A stretch of DNA of 64,000 nucleotides from an uncultured Bellilinea sp. Its GTDB lineage: Bacteria; Chloroflexota; Anaerolineae; Anaerolineales; Anaerolineaceae. The notes beneath the pieces are model-generated. The model was not told where the DNA came from. It did no database searches and saw nothing but the letters and a program-made list of their open reading frames with translations. Of this stretch, positions 30,264 through 40,604 are shown one piece after another (within the stretch, counting starts at the first letter, position 1; each line of letters opens with the position of its first letter). Where the stretch lies: positions 14,806-78,805 of the forward strand of contig CALHYE010000010.1 in the NCBI GenBank assembly GCA_938040735.1, in the 5' to 3' direction. The position numbers were made by a program, and so were the translations under genes.

Positions 30264-31989
30264 ACAAGTCGAAGTCCAATCATCCAGTCTGAGCGATCGG
30301 TTTCCGGAAATCGTTCTGCCGGATACCAGAACGGGTTACAGTGGATTTCTGGTGAAGCCGGAAAACCTGATTGCCGTTGTCCGGACTTTGCGAGAGGAGA
30401 TGGGTTATGATTATCTCTCCTCAGTGACCGGCGTGGATTACCTGCCGGAAAATAAGATGGAGGTTGTCTATCATTTTTACCGAACAACTGGCGGGGGAGC
30501 GCTGGTCCTGAAAACCCAGGTTGAGCGTGAAAATCCGGTTGTGCCATCGCTCACACCGTTGTTTCCGGGAGCGGAGTTTCAGGAACGCGAGGCATGGGAT
30601 CTGCTGGGTATTCGTTTTGCGGATCATCCAGACCTGCGGCGGATTCTTACCTGGGAAGGTTTTCATGGTCACCCCTTGCGCAAAGATTGGAAAGAACCTT
30701 TCTTTGAAGAAGAAGCCAAACCCTTCAAAAGCCGCTGGCCGGAGGGCCATGTTTATCGAGCCGAGGACAAAAATCCATTCCATGATAATGTCCAATTCCC
30801 CGCCGGATTTGATCCTGAACTGTGGTCTCCCGAAACGGATGAATTGCTCTATGCTGGCTTAAAACGGGTTGACAAAACCGGAGACTTCCTTACCGAGCAG
30901 GTGGTGGTCAACCTTGGACCTCAGCACCCCTCAACCCATGGGGTTTTCCGCATGGTGGTGGTGCTGGATGGGGAAACGGTAGTTGATTTAAAACCCATCA
31001 TGGGTTATCTGCACCGCAACCACGAGAAGATCGGCGAACGAAACACTTTTTTGCAAAATATGCCTTTTACCGACCGGCTGGATTACGTTTGCTCGATGAG
31101 CAATAATTTTGGATATGCCTTGGCGGTTGAAAAGTTGATGGGCATTCATCCTCCTGAACGAGCGGAGTATATCCGGGTCATGATGGCGGAGCTCACCCGC
31201 TATTTGAATCACATCTTTTCAATTGGCTTTTTGTTGAACGATTTGGGCGCCTTTTTTACGCCGATGTTGTATGCACTCGAAGAGCGGGAGTTGATTTTGG
31301 ATGTGTTTGAGGCTGTTTCCGGTTCGCGGATGATGTGCAATTATTTCCGCTTTGGGGGTGTGGCGCGGGATATTCCCGATGAGGTGATGCAAAAAATCCG
31401 CAAACTTGTATTGGACCGCCTGCCGCGCAAATTGGATGAGATGGATTACTTCATCACCCATAACGAAATTGTGCGCGGCCGCTGCGAGGGGGTGGGTGTA
31501 TTAACTGCCGAGCGCGCGATTGCGCTTTCGGCTTCCGGTCCGGTTTTACGGGCTTCGGGTGTGCCTTACGACGTCCGTCGGGCTGACCCCTATAGTATTT
31601 ATGAACGTTTTGAGTTTAATATTCCCGTGCGTTATAACGGGGATATTTACGACCGCTACTTGCTGCGACTGGATGAGATGCGCCAGAGTTTACGCATCCT
31701 ACAGCAGGTTTTGAGGGATATTCCAGAAGGACCGATTATGAGCGGTAAACCGCAATACCAGGTGCGAGTGCCGGCGGGGGAGGCGTACGGGCGGGTAGAA
31801 GGACCGAAAGGCGAGCTGGGTTTTTATGTGGTGTCCAACGGCAAACCCAACCCGTGGCGGTATCATGTGCGCGCCCCAACTTTTATCAATCTGACCAGTC
31901 TGGCTGAAATGTGCCGCGGTCAAAAAATTGCGGATGTGGTGACCGTTCTTGGCTCAATTGATATTGTGCTGGGCGAAGTGGATCGTTAA
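30256..31989 (+). CDS. nuoCD: NADH-quinone oxidoreductase subunit C/D fusion (start at MNEQ)
   Basis: [23 protein letters not shown] (NuoC); [27 protein letters not shown] (NuoD); no Ni-binding CxxC. Confidence 0.95.
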   Translation: MNEQVEVQSSSLSDRFPEIVLPDTRTGYSGFLVKPENLIAVVRTLREEMGYDYLSSVTGVDYLPENKMEVVYHFYRTTGGGALVLKTQVERENPVVPSLTPLFPGAEFQEREAWDLLGIRFADHPDLRRILTWEGFHGHPLRKDWKEPFFEEEAKPFKSRWPEGHVYRAEDKNPFHDNVQFPAGFDPELWSPETDELLYAGLKRVDKTGDFLTEQVVVNLGPQHPSTHGVFRMVVVLDGETVVDLKPIMGYLHRNHEKIGERNTFLQNMPFTDRLDYVCSMSNNFGYALAVEKLMGIHPPERAEYIRVMMAELTRYLNHIFSIGFLLNDLGAFFTPMLYALEERELILDVFEAVSGSRMMCNYFRFGGVARDIPDEVMQKIRKLVLDRLPRKLDEMDYFITHNEIVRGRCEGVGVLTAERAIALSASGPVLRASGVPYDVRRADPYSIYERFEFNIPVRYNGDIYDRYLLRLDEMRQSLRILQQVLRDIPEGPIMSGKPQYQVRVPAGEAYGRVEGPKGELGFYVVSNGKPNPWRYHVRAPTFINLTSLAEMCRGQKIADVVTVLGSIDIVLGEVDR

Positions 31990-32004
31990 GCGGAAGGAGG
32001 AGGA

Positions 32005-32619
32005 ATGATTACAGGAAGCGGTATCTTACGAGGATTATGGACAACCTTCCGGCACTTTATCAAGACTTATCTGGAAGACCTGCGAATCGGAAAAAAACGT
32101 TATTTTACAAAAGAGGGAATCGAACTCAGGCGCAGTCCTGATGTAGAGGGCATCTTTACAATCCAATATCCAGAAGAAAAACTACCCGTACCAGAAGAGT
32201 TCCGCTACATCCCTTTTTTGGTGTATGATGAGGGGGAAAGCGGCGAGAAAGAAATTCGTTGTACCTCTTGCGGAATTTGTGCAAAGGTATGTCCGCCCCA
32301 ATGTATCTGGATTGTACGGACGAATGATCCAGTTACGGGTAAGCCGATTCCACAACCCAAAGAATTTTACATAGATGTCGATATCTGTATGAACTGCGGT
32401 TTTTGTGCTGAATACTGTCCATTTGATGCGATCAAAATGGATCACGACTATGAAATAGCCTCTTATGACCGGTTTAGGGAACATATTTTTGACTTAAACC
32501 GGTTGATCAAGCCGGCATCGTATTATGCTCAAATTCGGCCGACGAATTTTGCTCGGGAAGAAGCGGCCCGGGCGGAAAAGGAAGCCCAAAAAGCGGCTGC
32601 TAGAAAGGTCAACCCTTGA
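32005..32619 (+). CDS. nuoI: NADH-quinone oxidoreductase subunit I
   Basis: TIQYPEE; two ferredoxin motifs CTSCGICAKVCP and CMNCGFCAEYCP. Confidence 0.93.
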   Translation: MITGSGILRGLWTTFRHFIKTYLEDLRIGKKRYFTKEGIELRRSPDVEGIFTIQYPEEKLPVPEEFRYIPFLVYDEGESGEKEIRCTSCGICAKVCPPQCIWIVRTNDPVTGKPIPQPKEFYIDVDICMNCGFCAEYCPFDAIKMDHDYEIASYDRFREHIFDLNRLIKPASYYAQIRPTNFAREEAARAEKEAQKAAARKVNP

Positions 32620-32646
32620 TCTCAACTTTCGAGGAATCCCAACGGC

Positions 32647-32967
32647 ATGTATAATAGCGATACGGAAGTGATGTTTCCTCCGCGCGTGATCAGTCATTTG
32701 CGCAATTTGCGCGGATCTGACTGGCAAAAATTGGTTGATCAGGTTTGTTCTGCTGACGCCGATCTGGTTGATCGAGCGGCTTTTACCCTCATGATGGTGC
32801 GTTTAGGCGGCTGTCAGACCTGTACAATTGATTCGTACCGAGGGATGCGAGGGTGTACGATGTGCGCCAGGCAAACCGTACGACGGTTTCGTGGCTCTGA
32901 CTACGATCTGGTCAAGCAGTTTGAGCATTGTAAAAGCGAAGTACAACAATTTTTTGATAAATTGTGA
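32647..32967 (+). CDS. Small hypothetical protein with CxxC-x10-CxxC
   Basis: GCQTCTIDSYRGMRGCTMC; GAGGA RBS; lies in the operon. Confidence 0.75.
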   Translation: MYNSDTEVMFPPRVISHLRNLRGSDWQKLVDQVCSADADLVDRAAFTLMMVRLGGCQTCTIDSYRGMRGCTMCARQTVRRFRGSDYDLVKQFEHCKSEVQQFFDKL

Positions 32968-32997
32968 AAATTCAAAGAAAAGCGAGGTAGAGGATTA

Positions 32998-34080
32998 ATG
33001 AATTTGCCCTTGATTACGAAGGATGCGGTACTTGCCGCTTTGAGCAAGGTTGAGGAACCCGAGCTGCATCAAGATCTGGTTTCTCTGAATATGGTACAAA
33101 ACCTTCAGATTGAGGATGGGAAGGTTAATTTCGATATTGTATTAACCACCCCAGCCTGCCCCTTGAAGGGAAAAATCGAAGCCGAAGCGCGTCAGGCGGT
33201 TCTTGCCATACCGGGAGTAGAAGAAGTCAACATCCGCTTTGATTCTTATGTTCGTAACGATGGTCATGCGCGCGGGTTGATGGAAATTCCGGTCAAGAAT
33301 GCGGTGGCGGTTGCGTCCGGCAAGGGCGGGGTGGGAAAGACCACCGTAGCGGTCAATCTGGCTGTGGCGCTGGCTCAAAGCGGCGCGCGGGTTGGCTTAT
33401 TAGATGCAGATATTTACGGCCCGAATGTACCCCGCATGATGGGAGTTGACCGACTCCCGCCGATACAGGGAGAGAAAATCAAGCCGGCGGAAGCCTATGG
33501 GGTCAAAGTCATGTCTATCGGTTTTTTGGTGCCGCCCGGCAAAGCCTTGATTTGGCGCGGCCCAATGCTCCATTCCGCCATCCGGCAATTTTTGGGAGAT
33601 GTGGATTGGGGATTGCTGGATTACTTGATCATTGACCTTCCTCCCGGAACCGGTGATGCCCAGCTCAGTTTGGCGCAATCCATGCCGCTCAGCGGAGGGG
33701 TGATTGTTACCCTGCCTCAGGCGGTTTCGCTGGAAGATGCCAGCCGTGGGATTCAAATGTTTGAGCAGTTGAATGTCCCGATTCTCGGTGTAATTGAAAA
33801 CATGAGCTACCTGCAAATGCCGGATGGAACGGTGGTGGATGTGTTTGGGCGAGGCGGTGGTGAAACTCTGGCTGCTCAGCATCAAGCGCCTTTCCTTGGC
33901 GTGATTCCTTTAGAACCGGCAGTTAGAGTGGGTGGCGATGAGGGTAAACCGATCGTCCTTTCTCAGCCCGAATCGGCAGCGGGTAAAGCATTGCGACAAA
34001 TTGCAGAACATCTGGCTGCTCAATTAAGCATTGCTGCCTTCAAGAGGCAAGGCGGCGTAAAAATTGAGATGGTGGAGTAA
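32998..34080 (+). CDS. apbC: Mrp/ApbC/NBP35 Fe-S cluster carrier ATPase with N-terminal DUF59 domain
   Basis: [41 protein letters not shown]. Confidence 0.93.
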   Translation: MNLPLITKDAVLAALSKVEEPELHQDLVSLNMVQNLQIEDGKVNFDIVLTTPACPLKGKIEAEARQAVLAIPGVEEVNIRFDSYVRNDGHARGLMEIPVKNAVAVASGKGGVGKTTVAVNLAVALAQSGARVGLLDADIYGPNVPRMMGVDRLPPIQGEKIKPAEAYGVKVMSIGFLVPPGKALIWRGPMLHSAIRQFLGDVDWGLLDYLIIDLPPGTGDAQLSLAQSMPLSGGVIVTLPQAVSLEDASRGIQMFEQLNVPILGVIENMSYLQMPDGTVVDVFGRGGGETLAAQHQAPFLGVIPLEPAVRVGGDEGKPIVLSQPESAAGKALRQIAEHLAAQLSIAAFKRQGGVKIEMVE

Positions 34081-34085
34081 TTTGA

Positions 34086-35117
34086 ATGGAAACAACTGCT
34101 GTTCAGCAGATTGTTGGAGTTCGATTTTCCAAAGTCGGTAAGATTTATCACTTTCAAGCGACGAATCTGGCTGCATTGAGGGTGGGTGATTCGGTTGTAG
34201 TGGAAACTGCCCGAGGCTGGCAAATTGGGGAAGTTGCTCAGGTCATTAATGAACCGATGCAGCCGCCTGAAGGCGGCTGGAAGCCGGTTGAACGGCTGGC
34301 CACCCCGCGGGATTTATTGCTGCGTCAATTGTGGCAGCTGCGGGAGCTGGACGTAGTTGAGGTCTGCCGAAAACGCGCAGCTGAATTGCGTCTTCAGAAC
34401 CTTAAGGTAGTCGCCGCCGAATATAGCTTTGACGGTTCGCGATTAACCATTTTATATTCCACTGAAGGGGAAGAACGGGTGGATTTAAAATCTCTTCGGC
34501 AGGACATGCAGCGACATTACGCACCAGCCGCGGTTGAACTGCGTCAGATTGGACCGCGGGATGTAGCCAAGCTACTTGGGGGGATGGGCGCTTGCGGACT
34601 GGAAACACGTTGTTGTTCGCGTTTCTTGACCGAATTCAGTTCGATCTCCATTCGAATGGCAAAGGAACAGGGTATTTCTCTCACGCCGACCGAAATTACC
34701 GGGATGTGCGGACGTCTGCGTTGTTGCCTGATTTATGAGTATGATACCTATGTAGAGGCGCGAAAAGGTTTGCCCAAGCGGAACAAACGAATTGCCACCC
34801 CTCTGGGTGAGGGAAAAGTCATTGATGTATCACCGTTGGCAGGAAAAGTGCGCGTGGATATCCCGGAAGTCGGGGTGAGGGAATTTACCCGAGAGGAGAT
34901 TTTGGCGTTCAGTGAACCGCCGGTTGAAAGCGGGGTTGTGGAGACCTTTCAGGAAGAAACGGGAGAAGAACTCTATTTGGAAGAAGAATTGAGAAAAGAG
35001 GATGAACACGGCCAGCCTGAACAACCGGCAGTTCAACCCAATTTATCATCTAGCAGACCCAAAAAACGTTCCGGAGGGAGAGGTGGCCGAAGAAAACGAG
35101 GTCCAAAGAAATCCTGA
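34086..35117 (+). CDS. PSP1-domain protein (RicT/YaaT-like)
   Basis: ELRQIGPRD, GACGLETRCC, MAKEQ and GMCGRLRCCLIYE motifs. Confidence 0.9.
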   Translation: METTAVQQIVGVRFSKVGKIYHFQATNLAALRVGDSVVVETARGWQIGEVAQVINEPMQPPEGGWKPVERLATPRDLLLRQLWQLRELDVVEVCRKRAAELRLQNLKVVAAEYSFDGSRLTILYSTEGEERVDLKSLRQDMQRHYAPAAVELRQIGPRDVAKLLGGMGACGLETRCCSRFLTEFSSISIRMAKEQGISLTPTEITGMCGRLRCCLIYEYDTYVEARKGLPKRNKRIATPLGEGKVIDVSPLAGKVRVDIPEVGVREFTREEILAFSEPPVESGVVETFQEETGEELYLEEELRKEDEHGQPEQPAVQPNLSSSRPKKRSGGRGGRRKRGPKKS

Positions 35118-35823
35118 AAACTGGTCAAGTCCACAGAAAATTTTGGTAATTCTGGCTCATCCGGATGATCCAGAATTTTTTTGCGGCGCGACGATTGCCC
35201 GTTGGACGCGCATGGGCCACACCGTTGAATATTGTTTGCTCACCCGGGGAGATAAAGGGGTGCGAGGTCAATTGGCTGAGCGGGAAACCTTATCGCGCCT
35301 CCGCGAGGAGGAACAAACTCGAGCGGCAGGTGTTTTGGGAGTTAGCCGCATCAGGTTTCTGGACTTTGAAGATGGATATCTCCAACCGGATTTGGCTGCC
35401 CGCCGCGAAGTTGTGGCAGCGCTCAGGGAGGTGAAACCGGACGTGGTGGTAACCAGCGATCCCACCAATTTTTTTCATCGAGAAGACCGCATCAACCACC
35501 CCGACCATCGAATCGCCGGCCAGATAGTCTGCGAGGCGGTGTATCCGGCAAGCGGTAATCCATTGTTCTTCCCGGAATTGTTGGAAAAAGGATTGGATCC
35601 CCATGAAATCAAAGAGTTATGGTTGACGCTCACCGCGCAACCGAATATGATGATAGAGGTAACCGAAACCTGGGAATTGAAAATTGCGGCTTTGAAACAG
35701 CATCGCAGCCAAATTGAAAATATGGAAGAGATGGAACGGATGCAGCGTCAGCGTCGAGTTGCTGAGAGCAGTGAAGAAAACCCGCGTTATGTTGAAACAT
35801 TTCGGAGAATTAAATTTCGATGA
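35083..35823 (+). CDS. PIG-L / LmbE-family deacetylase (GTG start at 35083 probable)
   Basis: AHPDDPEF, TRGDKG, NHPDH and HRSQ motifs; GGAGG upstream of the GTG. Confidence 0.9.
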   Translation: MAEENEVQRNPENWSSPQKILVILAHPDDPEFFCGATIARWTRMGHTVEYCLLTRGDKGVRGQLAERETLSRLREEEQTRAAGVLGVSRIRFLDFEDGYLQPDLAARREVVAALREVKPDVVVTSDPTNFFHREDRINHPDHRIAGQIVCEAVYPASGNPLFFPELLEKGLDPHEIKELWLTLTAQPNMMIEVTETWELKIAALKQHRSQIENMEEMERMQRQRRVAESSEENPRYVETFRRIKFR

Positions 35824-37010
35824 ATAATGTGCCCCGATTGTTAGAAAAAGCAGAAACGTTGTTTTCGTATAGCCAAATTATACGACGAGATTTTCACCGA
35901 TTTCCGGAATTGGGGTTCCGGGAGTACCGCACTGCAGAAGTCATTGCGCGCGAGTTGCGCTCGTTAGGGCTGGAAGTAACCACCGGAGTTGCGGAAACCG
36001 GAGTAACCGCCATTATCGAAGGCGCTCACCCCGGCCGGGTGGTCATGCTGCGCTTTGATATGGACGCATTGCCAATTGAAGAACAAACCGACGCTGAATA
36101 TGCCTCCCAAAACTCCGGTGTGATGCACGCCTGCGGGCACGACGGCCACATGGCAATCGGCTTAACCGTTGCCCGCCTGTTACAGGGAAATCGGGAAGGG
36201 ATTCACGGGACGTTCAAACTGGTCTTTCAACCGGCAGAGGAAGGACTTGGCGGCGCTGAGCGAATGGTTGCAGAGCAGGTGTTGGAAACCCCCAAAGTGG
36301 ATTTTTGTTTGGGGTTACATTTATGGAATGAAAAACCGCTCGGTTGGGCAGCGGTAGTCCCCGGAGCGTTTATGGCTGGAGCGGATTTCTTCACGGTGCG
36401 TATTTTGGGAAAAGGTGGACACGGCGGTTTACCGGAAACAACCATTGATCCGATTGTGGCAGCCGCCCAAATTGTGATGGCATTGCAGACCATTGTTTCG
36501 CGCAATATTGCTCCACTTGAGTCGGCGGTCGTCAGCGTGACTCAGGTTGCTGCGGGCAGCGCTTATAATGTCATTCCCAATCAGGCCGAACTGCGAGGTA
36601 CGATTCGCACCTTTTTGCCAGAAGTTCGGGATGTCGTCTTAGCGCGGTTAGAGCAGATTGTTCGCTCGATTGCGCAGGGAATGAATTGTGAAGCCGAAAT
36701 TGAATTGCAACGTCTGACCTGGCCGGTCGTGAATCACCCTCGCGTTGCGGAGGTTGTTCAGGGAGTGATCCAGAACCTTCTGCCGGAATTCCGAAACGAG
36801 AGCAATTACCGCAGTATGGTTTCGGAGGATATGGCGGTTTTTTTGAATCGCGTACCTGGCTGCTTCTTCTTTGTTGGCAGCGGCAACCCTGAAAAAGGTT
36901 TGAATGCCACTCATCATCACCCAAAATTTGATTTTGATGAGCAGGTACTGCCGAAGGCAGCGGCAATTCTGGCGGCGGCGGCAGTCGAATTAGGAAAAAC
37001 GGAGTTGTAA
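35820..37010 (+). CDS. M20D amidohydrolase
   Basis: HRFPELGF, RFDMDALP, MHACGHDGH, FQPAEEG, SEDM and HHPKFDFDE motifs. Confidence 0.95.
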   Translation: MNNVPRLLEKAETLFSYSQIIRRDFHRFPELGFREYRTAEVIARELRSLGLEVTTGVAETGVTAIIEGAHPGRVVMLRFDMDALPIEEQTDAEYASQNSGVMHACGHDGHMAIGLTVARLLQGNREGIHGTFKLVFQPAEEGLGGAERMVAEQVLETPKVDFCLGLHLWNEKPLGWAAVVPGAFMAGADFFTVRILGKGGHGGLPETTIDPIVAAAQIVMALQTIVSRNIAPLESAVVSVTQVAAGSAYNVIPNQAELRGTIRTFLPEVRDVVLARLEQIVRSIAQGMNCEAEIELQRLTWPVVNHPRVAEVVQGVIQNLLPEFRNESNYRSMVSEDMAVFLNRVPGCFFFVGSGNPEKGLNATHHHPKFDFDEQVLPKAAAILAAAAVELGKTEL

Positions 37011-37020
37011 ATTCCAAACC

Positions 37021-37893
37021 ATGCCAATCGTAAGGAACTTAGACAACTTTTCGTCCTTTCCACAGCGAGTGGTGTCTCTCGTGCCTTCCATGACGGAAAG
37101 CCTGTTTGATTTAGGAATGGGCGACTCTGTTGTTGGGGTGACGGATTATTGTATCTTTCCACCCGAAGTCAAGAATTTGCCCAAAGTGGGCGGTACGAAA
37201 AATGTCCGAGTTGATCAGGTTGTCCAATTGTCACCGGAGTTGATCATCGCCAATCAAGAAGAGAATTCCCGTGGGATTGTTGAAGAGTTAGGGGAACAAT
37301 TCAATGTATGGCTGACTTTTCCGAAAACTGTTCGTCAAGCGCTGGATGATCTCTGGCAGTTGGTGCACTTATTTCGTCGTGAAAGAGCGTTTGTTTCCCT
37401 GAGAACGCTGGAAACAGCCGTAGAATATGCTGAACACCGGGCTTTTGATACGCAACCGACCCGACTGTTTATACCGATCTGGCAGGATGTGACTCCGACC
37501 GGGGTTCGTTGGTGGATGACCTTCAATCAGGATACCTACTGTCATGATCTGATTCGATTGCTGGGCGGGATGAATGTTTTTGGAGAGCGCCAGCGAAGAT
37601 ACCCGCTGAATGCTGATGTGGCAAAAGCGCAAGCGACTGCCGCTGAAGAGCAGGATACCCGTTATCCGCGCGTTACGGTGGAAGAAATTATCCAGGCCAA
37701 ACCAGAACTCATCCTCATCCCCGATGAACCCTATCGTTTTCAAGATGAGGATGTTATGGAATTGCGGGGATTATTGGCCTCAACACCGGCGGTTGAACAA
37801 AATAGAGTGTATCGGATTGACGGTAGTTTATTGACCTGGCATGGTACACGGTTGGGAAAAGCCCTGGCAGTATTAAGTCAGTACTTTGATTGA
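37021..37893 (+). CDS. Helical-backbone metal receptor / BtuF-like binding protein, no signal peptide
   Basis: RVVSLVPSMTE, VGVTDYC, GGTKN, NQEEN and PDEPY motifs. Confidence 0.82.
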   Translation: MPIVRNLDNFSSFPQRVVSLVPSMTESLFDLGMGDSVVGVTDYCIFPPEVKNLPKVGGTKNVRVDQVVQLSPELIIANQEENSRGIVEELGEQFNVWLTFPKTVRQALDDLWQLVHLFRRERAFVSLRTLETAVEYAEHRAFDTQPTRLFIPIWQDVTPTGVRWWMTFNQDTYCHDLIRLLGGMNVFGERQRRYPLNADVAKAQATAAEEQDTRYPRVTVEEIIQAKPELILIPDEPYRFQDEDVMELRGLLASTPAVEQNRVYRIDGSLLTWHGTRLGKALAVLSQYFD

Positions 37894-37960
37894 GCTGGCT
37901 GTATTCTTTTTATCCCCTTTTTTAATTACAAAAATCATGCTTGTTGGAGCAAGGGGGAAG

Positions 37961-37998
37961 TGGTATACTGTACTTGATTAAATCATCTGATTAATCAG
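37961..37998 (+). promoter_or_regulatory. Extended -10 promoter (TGgTATACT) followed by palindromic operator(s)
   Basis: TGATTAAATCA (37975-85) and CTGATTAATCAG (37987-98) palindromes just downstream of the -10. Confidence 0.55.
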
Positions 37999-38018
37999 TT
38001 TTATTGAATTAACACCCC

Positions 38019-38711
38019 ATGCAAAACCATTCATTTCAACTTTCGGAATTCATGCGCTACCTGACTTGTGGTAAGGTGAAAGTTGGTGAGCGCATTCCTT
38101 CTCTATCTCAGTTAAGCCGTGAATTAGGCATCAGTATTGCCGCCTTGCGCGAACAGTTAGAAGTTGCGCGTGCGATGGGGCTGGTAGAGGTCCGTCCCAG
38201 AACGGGAATTCGTTTGCTGCCTTATCAGTTTAAACCGGCGGTTATTCAAAGCCTGTATTTTTCTCTCTCTCAGAATGCAGATACCTTTTTAGAATTTGCC
38301 GATTTGCGCACTCATGTTGAAACTTCCTATTGGTATGAGGCGGTTGGGCTGCTAAACAGCGAGGATCATCACCAGTTGCAGTTGTTGGTTCAGCGCGCGA
38401 AGGATAAGTTGACCTCCAATCCTCCTCAGATTCCTCATCAGGAACACCGCTTACTCCATCTGACCATTTTTAAGAGGTTGGAAAATCCCTTTGTACAGGG
38501 AATCCTTGAGGCTTATTGGGAGGTTTACGAGGCGGTTGGATTGGATGTCTATACCGATTTTGCATACCTCGAACGAGTTTGGCAGTATCACGAAAAGATG
38601 GTTGATTCCATTTGTAAGCAAAACTTCAATGAGGGATATGATGCGCTGGTTGAACACATGGACTTAATTTACCAGCGTTCCAAAAGACCCTCTTTTCAAG
38701 CCTTTGAGTAA
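38019..38711 (+). CDS. GntR/FadR-family transcriptional regulator
   Basis: GERIPS..LSRELGISIAALRE..GLVEVRPRTG HTH plus FCD-like domain (H..I...EN, H). Confidence 0.9.
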   Translation: MQNHSFQLSEFMRYLTCGKVKVGERIPSLSQLSRELGISIAALREQLEVARAMGLVEVRPRTGIRLLPYQFKPAVIQSLYFSLSQNADTFLEFADLRTHVETSYWYEAVGLLNSEDHHQLQLLVQRAKDKLTSNPPQIPHQEHRLLHLTIFKRLENPFVQGILEAYWEVYEAVGLDVYTDFAYLERVWQYHEKMVDSICKQNFNEGYDALVEHMDLIYQRSKRPSFQAFE

Positions 38712-38753
38712 GCTGAAAGACAAAAAACCTTCACATTCCCAAAAGGAGTTCTT

Positions 38754-40601
38754 ATGTCTCAATTACAGCCTGCTTCAGTTAGAGATAACGGTACGGTGGG
38801 CAATCGAATTGTAAATGACTTTTGTATTACCTTTAGCACGGTCAACGGCTCAGGTTCGGCGACTGCGAATACAATCCTCTTGAAATCTTTGTTCCGTATG
38901 GGAATTCCGGTTAACGGGAAAAATATATTCCCATCTAACATTCAAGGGCTGCCGACCTGGTATTCCATTCGATTGAGCAAGAAAGGCTATCTCGCAAGGG
39001 TTGAAATGGATCATCTGGTTGTGGCGATGAATCCGGCTACGCTGGCTACCGAGATGAAGTACCTAGTACCTGGAGGAGCGCTTTTCTACCCGGATGATTT
39101 TAAGTTGGATCTTGAGCGGGACGATCTTGTGCTTTATCCAATGCCGGTTAAGCGTTTGATTAAGGAGGCCGATGCGCCCCAAAACTTACGCGATTATATG
39201 GCAAATATGGTGTATGTTGGGGTTGTGGCGCAAATGTTGGGGATTGACTTTGATGTAATTTATCAGGTTTTGGACGCGCATTTTAAGGGAAAGAAAAAGG
39301 CAGTTGACTCCAACTGGCAGGTGATTAAAAGTGCAGCCGACTGGGCAAAGGAAAATTTAGTCAAGCGTGATCCCTATTATGTAGAACCGATGTCCCCGCT
39401 TGATGGTTACATTATCACTGAGGGTAACGTTGCTTCTGCATTGGGCGCGCTCTATGGTGGAGTTCAACTGACAGCCTGGTATCCGATTACGCCCGCCTCC
39501 AGTCTGGCGGAGGCGGTGATGGAGTACTTGCCTTCCCTAAGAACCGACCCGGAAACGGGCAAAACCACCTCAGTGGTGATTCAGGCCGAGGATGAGATCG
39601 CCGCAATTGGGATGGCGATTGGGGCCGGTTGGGCGGGTTTGCGCGCCATGACTTCAACCTCCGGGCCAGGAATTTCGCTGATGGCGGAGTATTTAGGTCT
39701 GGCTTATTTTGCCGAGGTGCCAATTGTTGTCTGGGACGTTCAGCGGGTTGGCCCATCAACCGGTTTGCCCACCCGAACCGCCCAAGGGGATTTGACTTTT
39801 GTGAACTTCATCGGTCATGGAGATACCGAATACATAATTCTTTTGCCGGGCAATGTTAAGGAATGTTTTGAATTTGGCTGGAAGTCCTTTGATATTGCGG
39901 AGCGCTTACAAACTCCCGTGCTGATTCTGACTGACCTCGATCTTGGAATGAATTATCATATCTCCCCGCGCTTCGAGTATCCCGATCAACCGCTGGATCG
40001 CGGTAAGGTGTTGTGGGAAGAGGATTTGCAAAACATTCTGGAAAAACTGGATGGAAAGTGGGGGCGTTATCTGGATGTAGATGGAGATGGGATTCCCTAC
40101 AGAACTGTGCCGGGTAATCGTCACCCCGCTAGCGCCTACTTTGCACGCGGCACCGGTCATGACGAGATGACCCGTTATAGTGAAGATCCGGATGTTTGGG
40201 AACGAGGCTTGAACCGGCTGAAAAGAAAAATTCAGGACAATCGTCATCTATTACCTGAACCGGTGATTGAACGGATGGAAGGCGCAAAATTTGCGATAGT
40301 TGGTTTTGGCTCGACCGATCCGGCCATTCAAGAGGCACGAGACCTGCTGGCTGAGGCCGGCTTCCCGACAGATTATATGCGCATTCGTTCGCTGCCTTTC
40401 CGGGATGAGGTGTGCGGTTTCTTGCACGAGTATGATCGTACCTATGTGGTTGAGTTAAATCGGGATGGTCAATTAAAGCAATTATTGACCATGAATTTTT
40501 CGGAGTGCGGCTCCAGATTGCGCCAGGTTTCTCATATTGACGGCATGCCGATTACCGCAAACTGGATTAAGGAACGTATCTTATCAATGGAGGGCAAATA
40601 A
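38754..40601 (+). CDS. korA: 2-oxoacid:ferredoxin oxidoreductase alpha (gamma-alpha fusion)
   Basis: YPITPAS, QAEDEIAA, TSGPG and QRVGPSTGLPT motifs. Confidence 0.93.
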   Translation: MSQLQPASVRDNGTVGNRIVNDFCITFSTVNGSGSATANTILLKSLFRMGIPVNGKNIFPSNIQGLPTWYSIRLSKKGYLARVEMDHLVVAMNPATLATEMKYLVPGGALFYPDDFKLDLERDDLVLYPMPVKRLIKEADAPQNLRDYMANMVYVGVVAQMLGIDFDVIYQVLDAHFKGKKKAVDSNWQVIKSAADWAKENLVKRDPYYVEPMSPLDGYIITEGNVASALGALYGGVQLTAWYPITPASSLAEAVMEYLPSLRTDPETGKTTSVVIQAEDEIAAIGMAIGAGWAGLRAMTSTSGPGISLMAEYLGLAYFAEVPIVVWDVQRVGPSTGLPTRTAQGDLTFVNFIGHGDTEYIILLPGNVKECFEFGWKSFDIAERLQTPVLILTDLDLGMNYHISPRFEYPDQPLDRGKVLWEEDLQNILEKLDGKWGRYLDVDGDGIPYRTVPGNRHPASAYFARGTGHDEMTRYSEDPDVWERGLNRLKRKIQDNRHLLPEPVIERMEGAKFAIVGFGSTDPAIQEARDLLAEAGFPTDYMRIRSLPFRDEVCGFLHEYDRTYVVELNRDGQLKQLLTMNFSECGSRLRQVSHIDGMPITANWIKERILSMEGK

Positions 40602-40604
40602 CCC

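Noticed and set aside
30256-31989. Group 4 [NiFe]-hydrogenase large subunit
   Set aside because: Lacks both Ni-binding CxxC motifs; has NuoD quinone-site motifs and the GEVDR end
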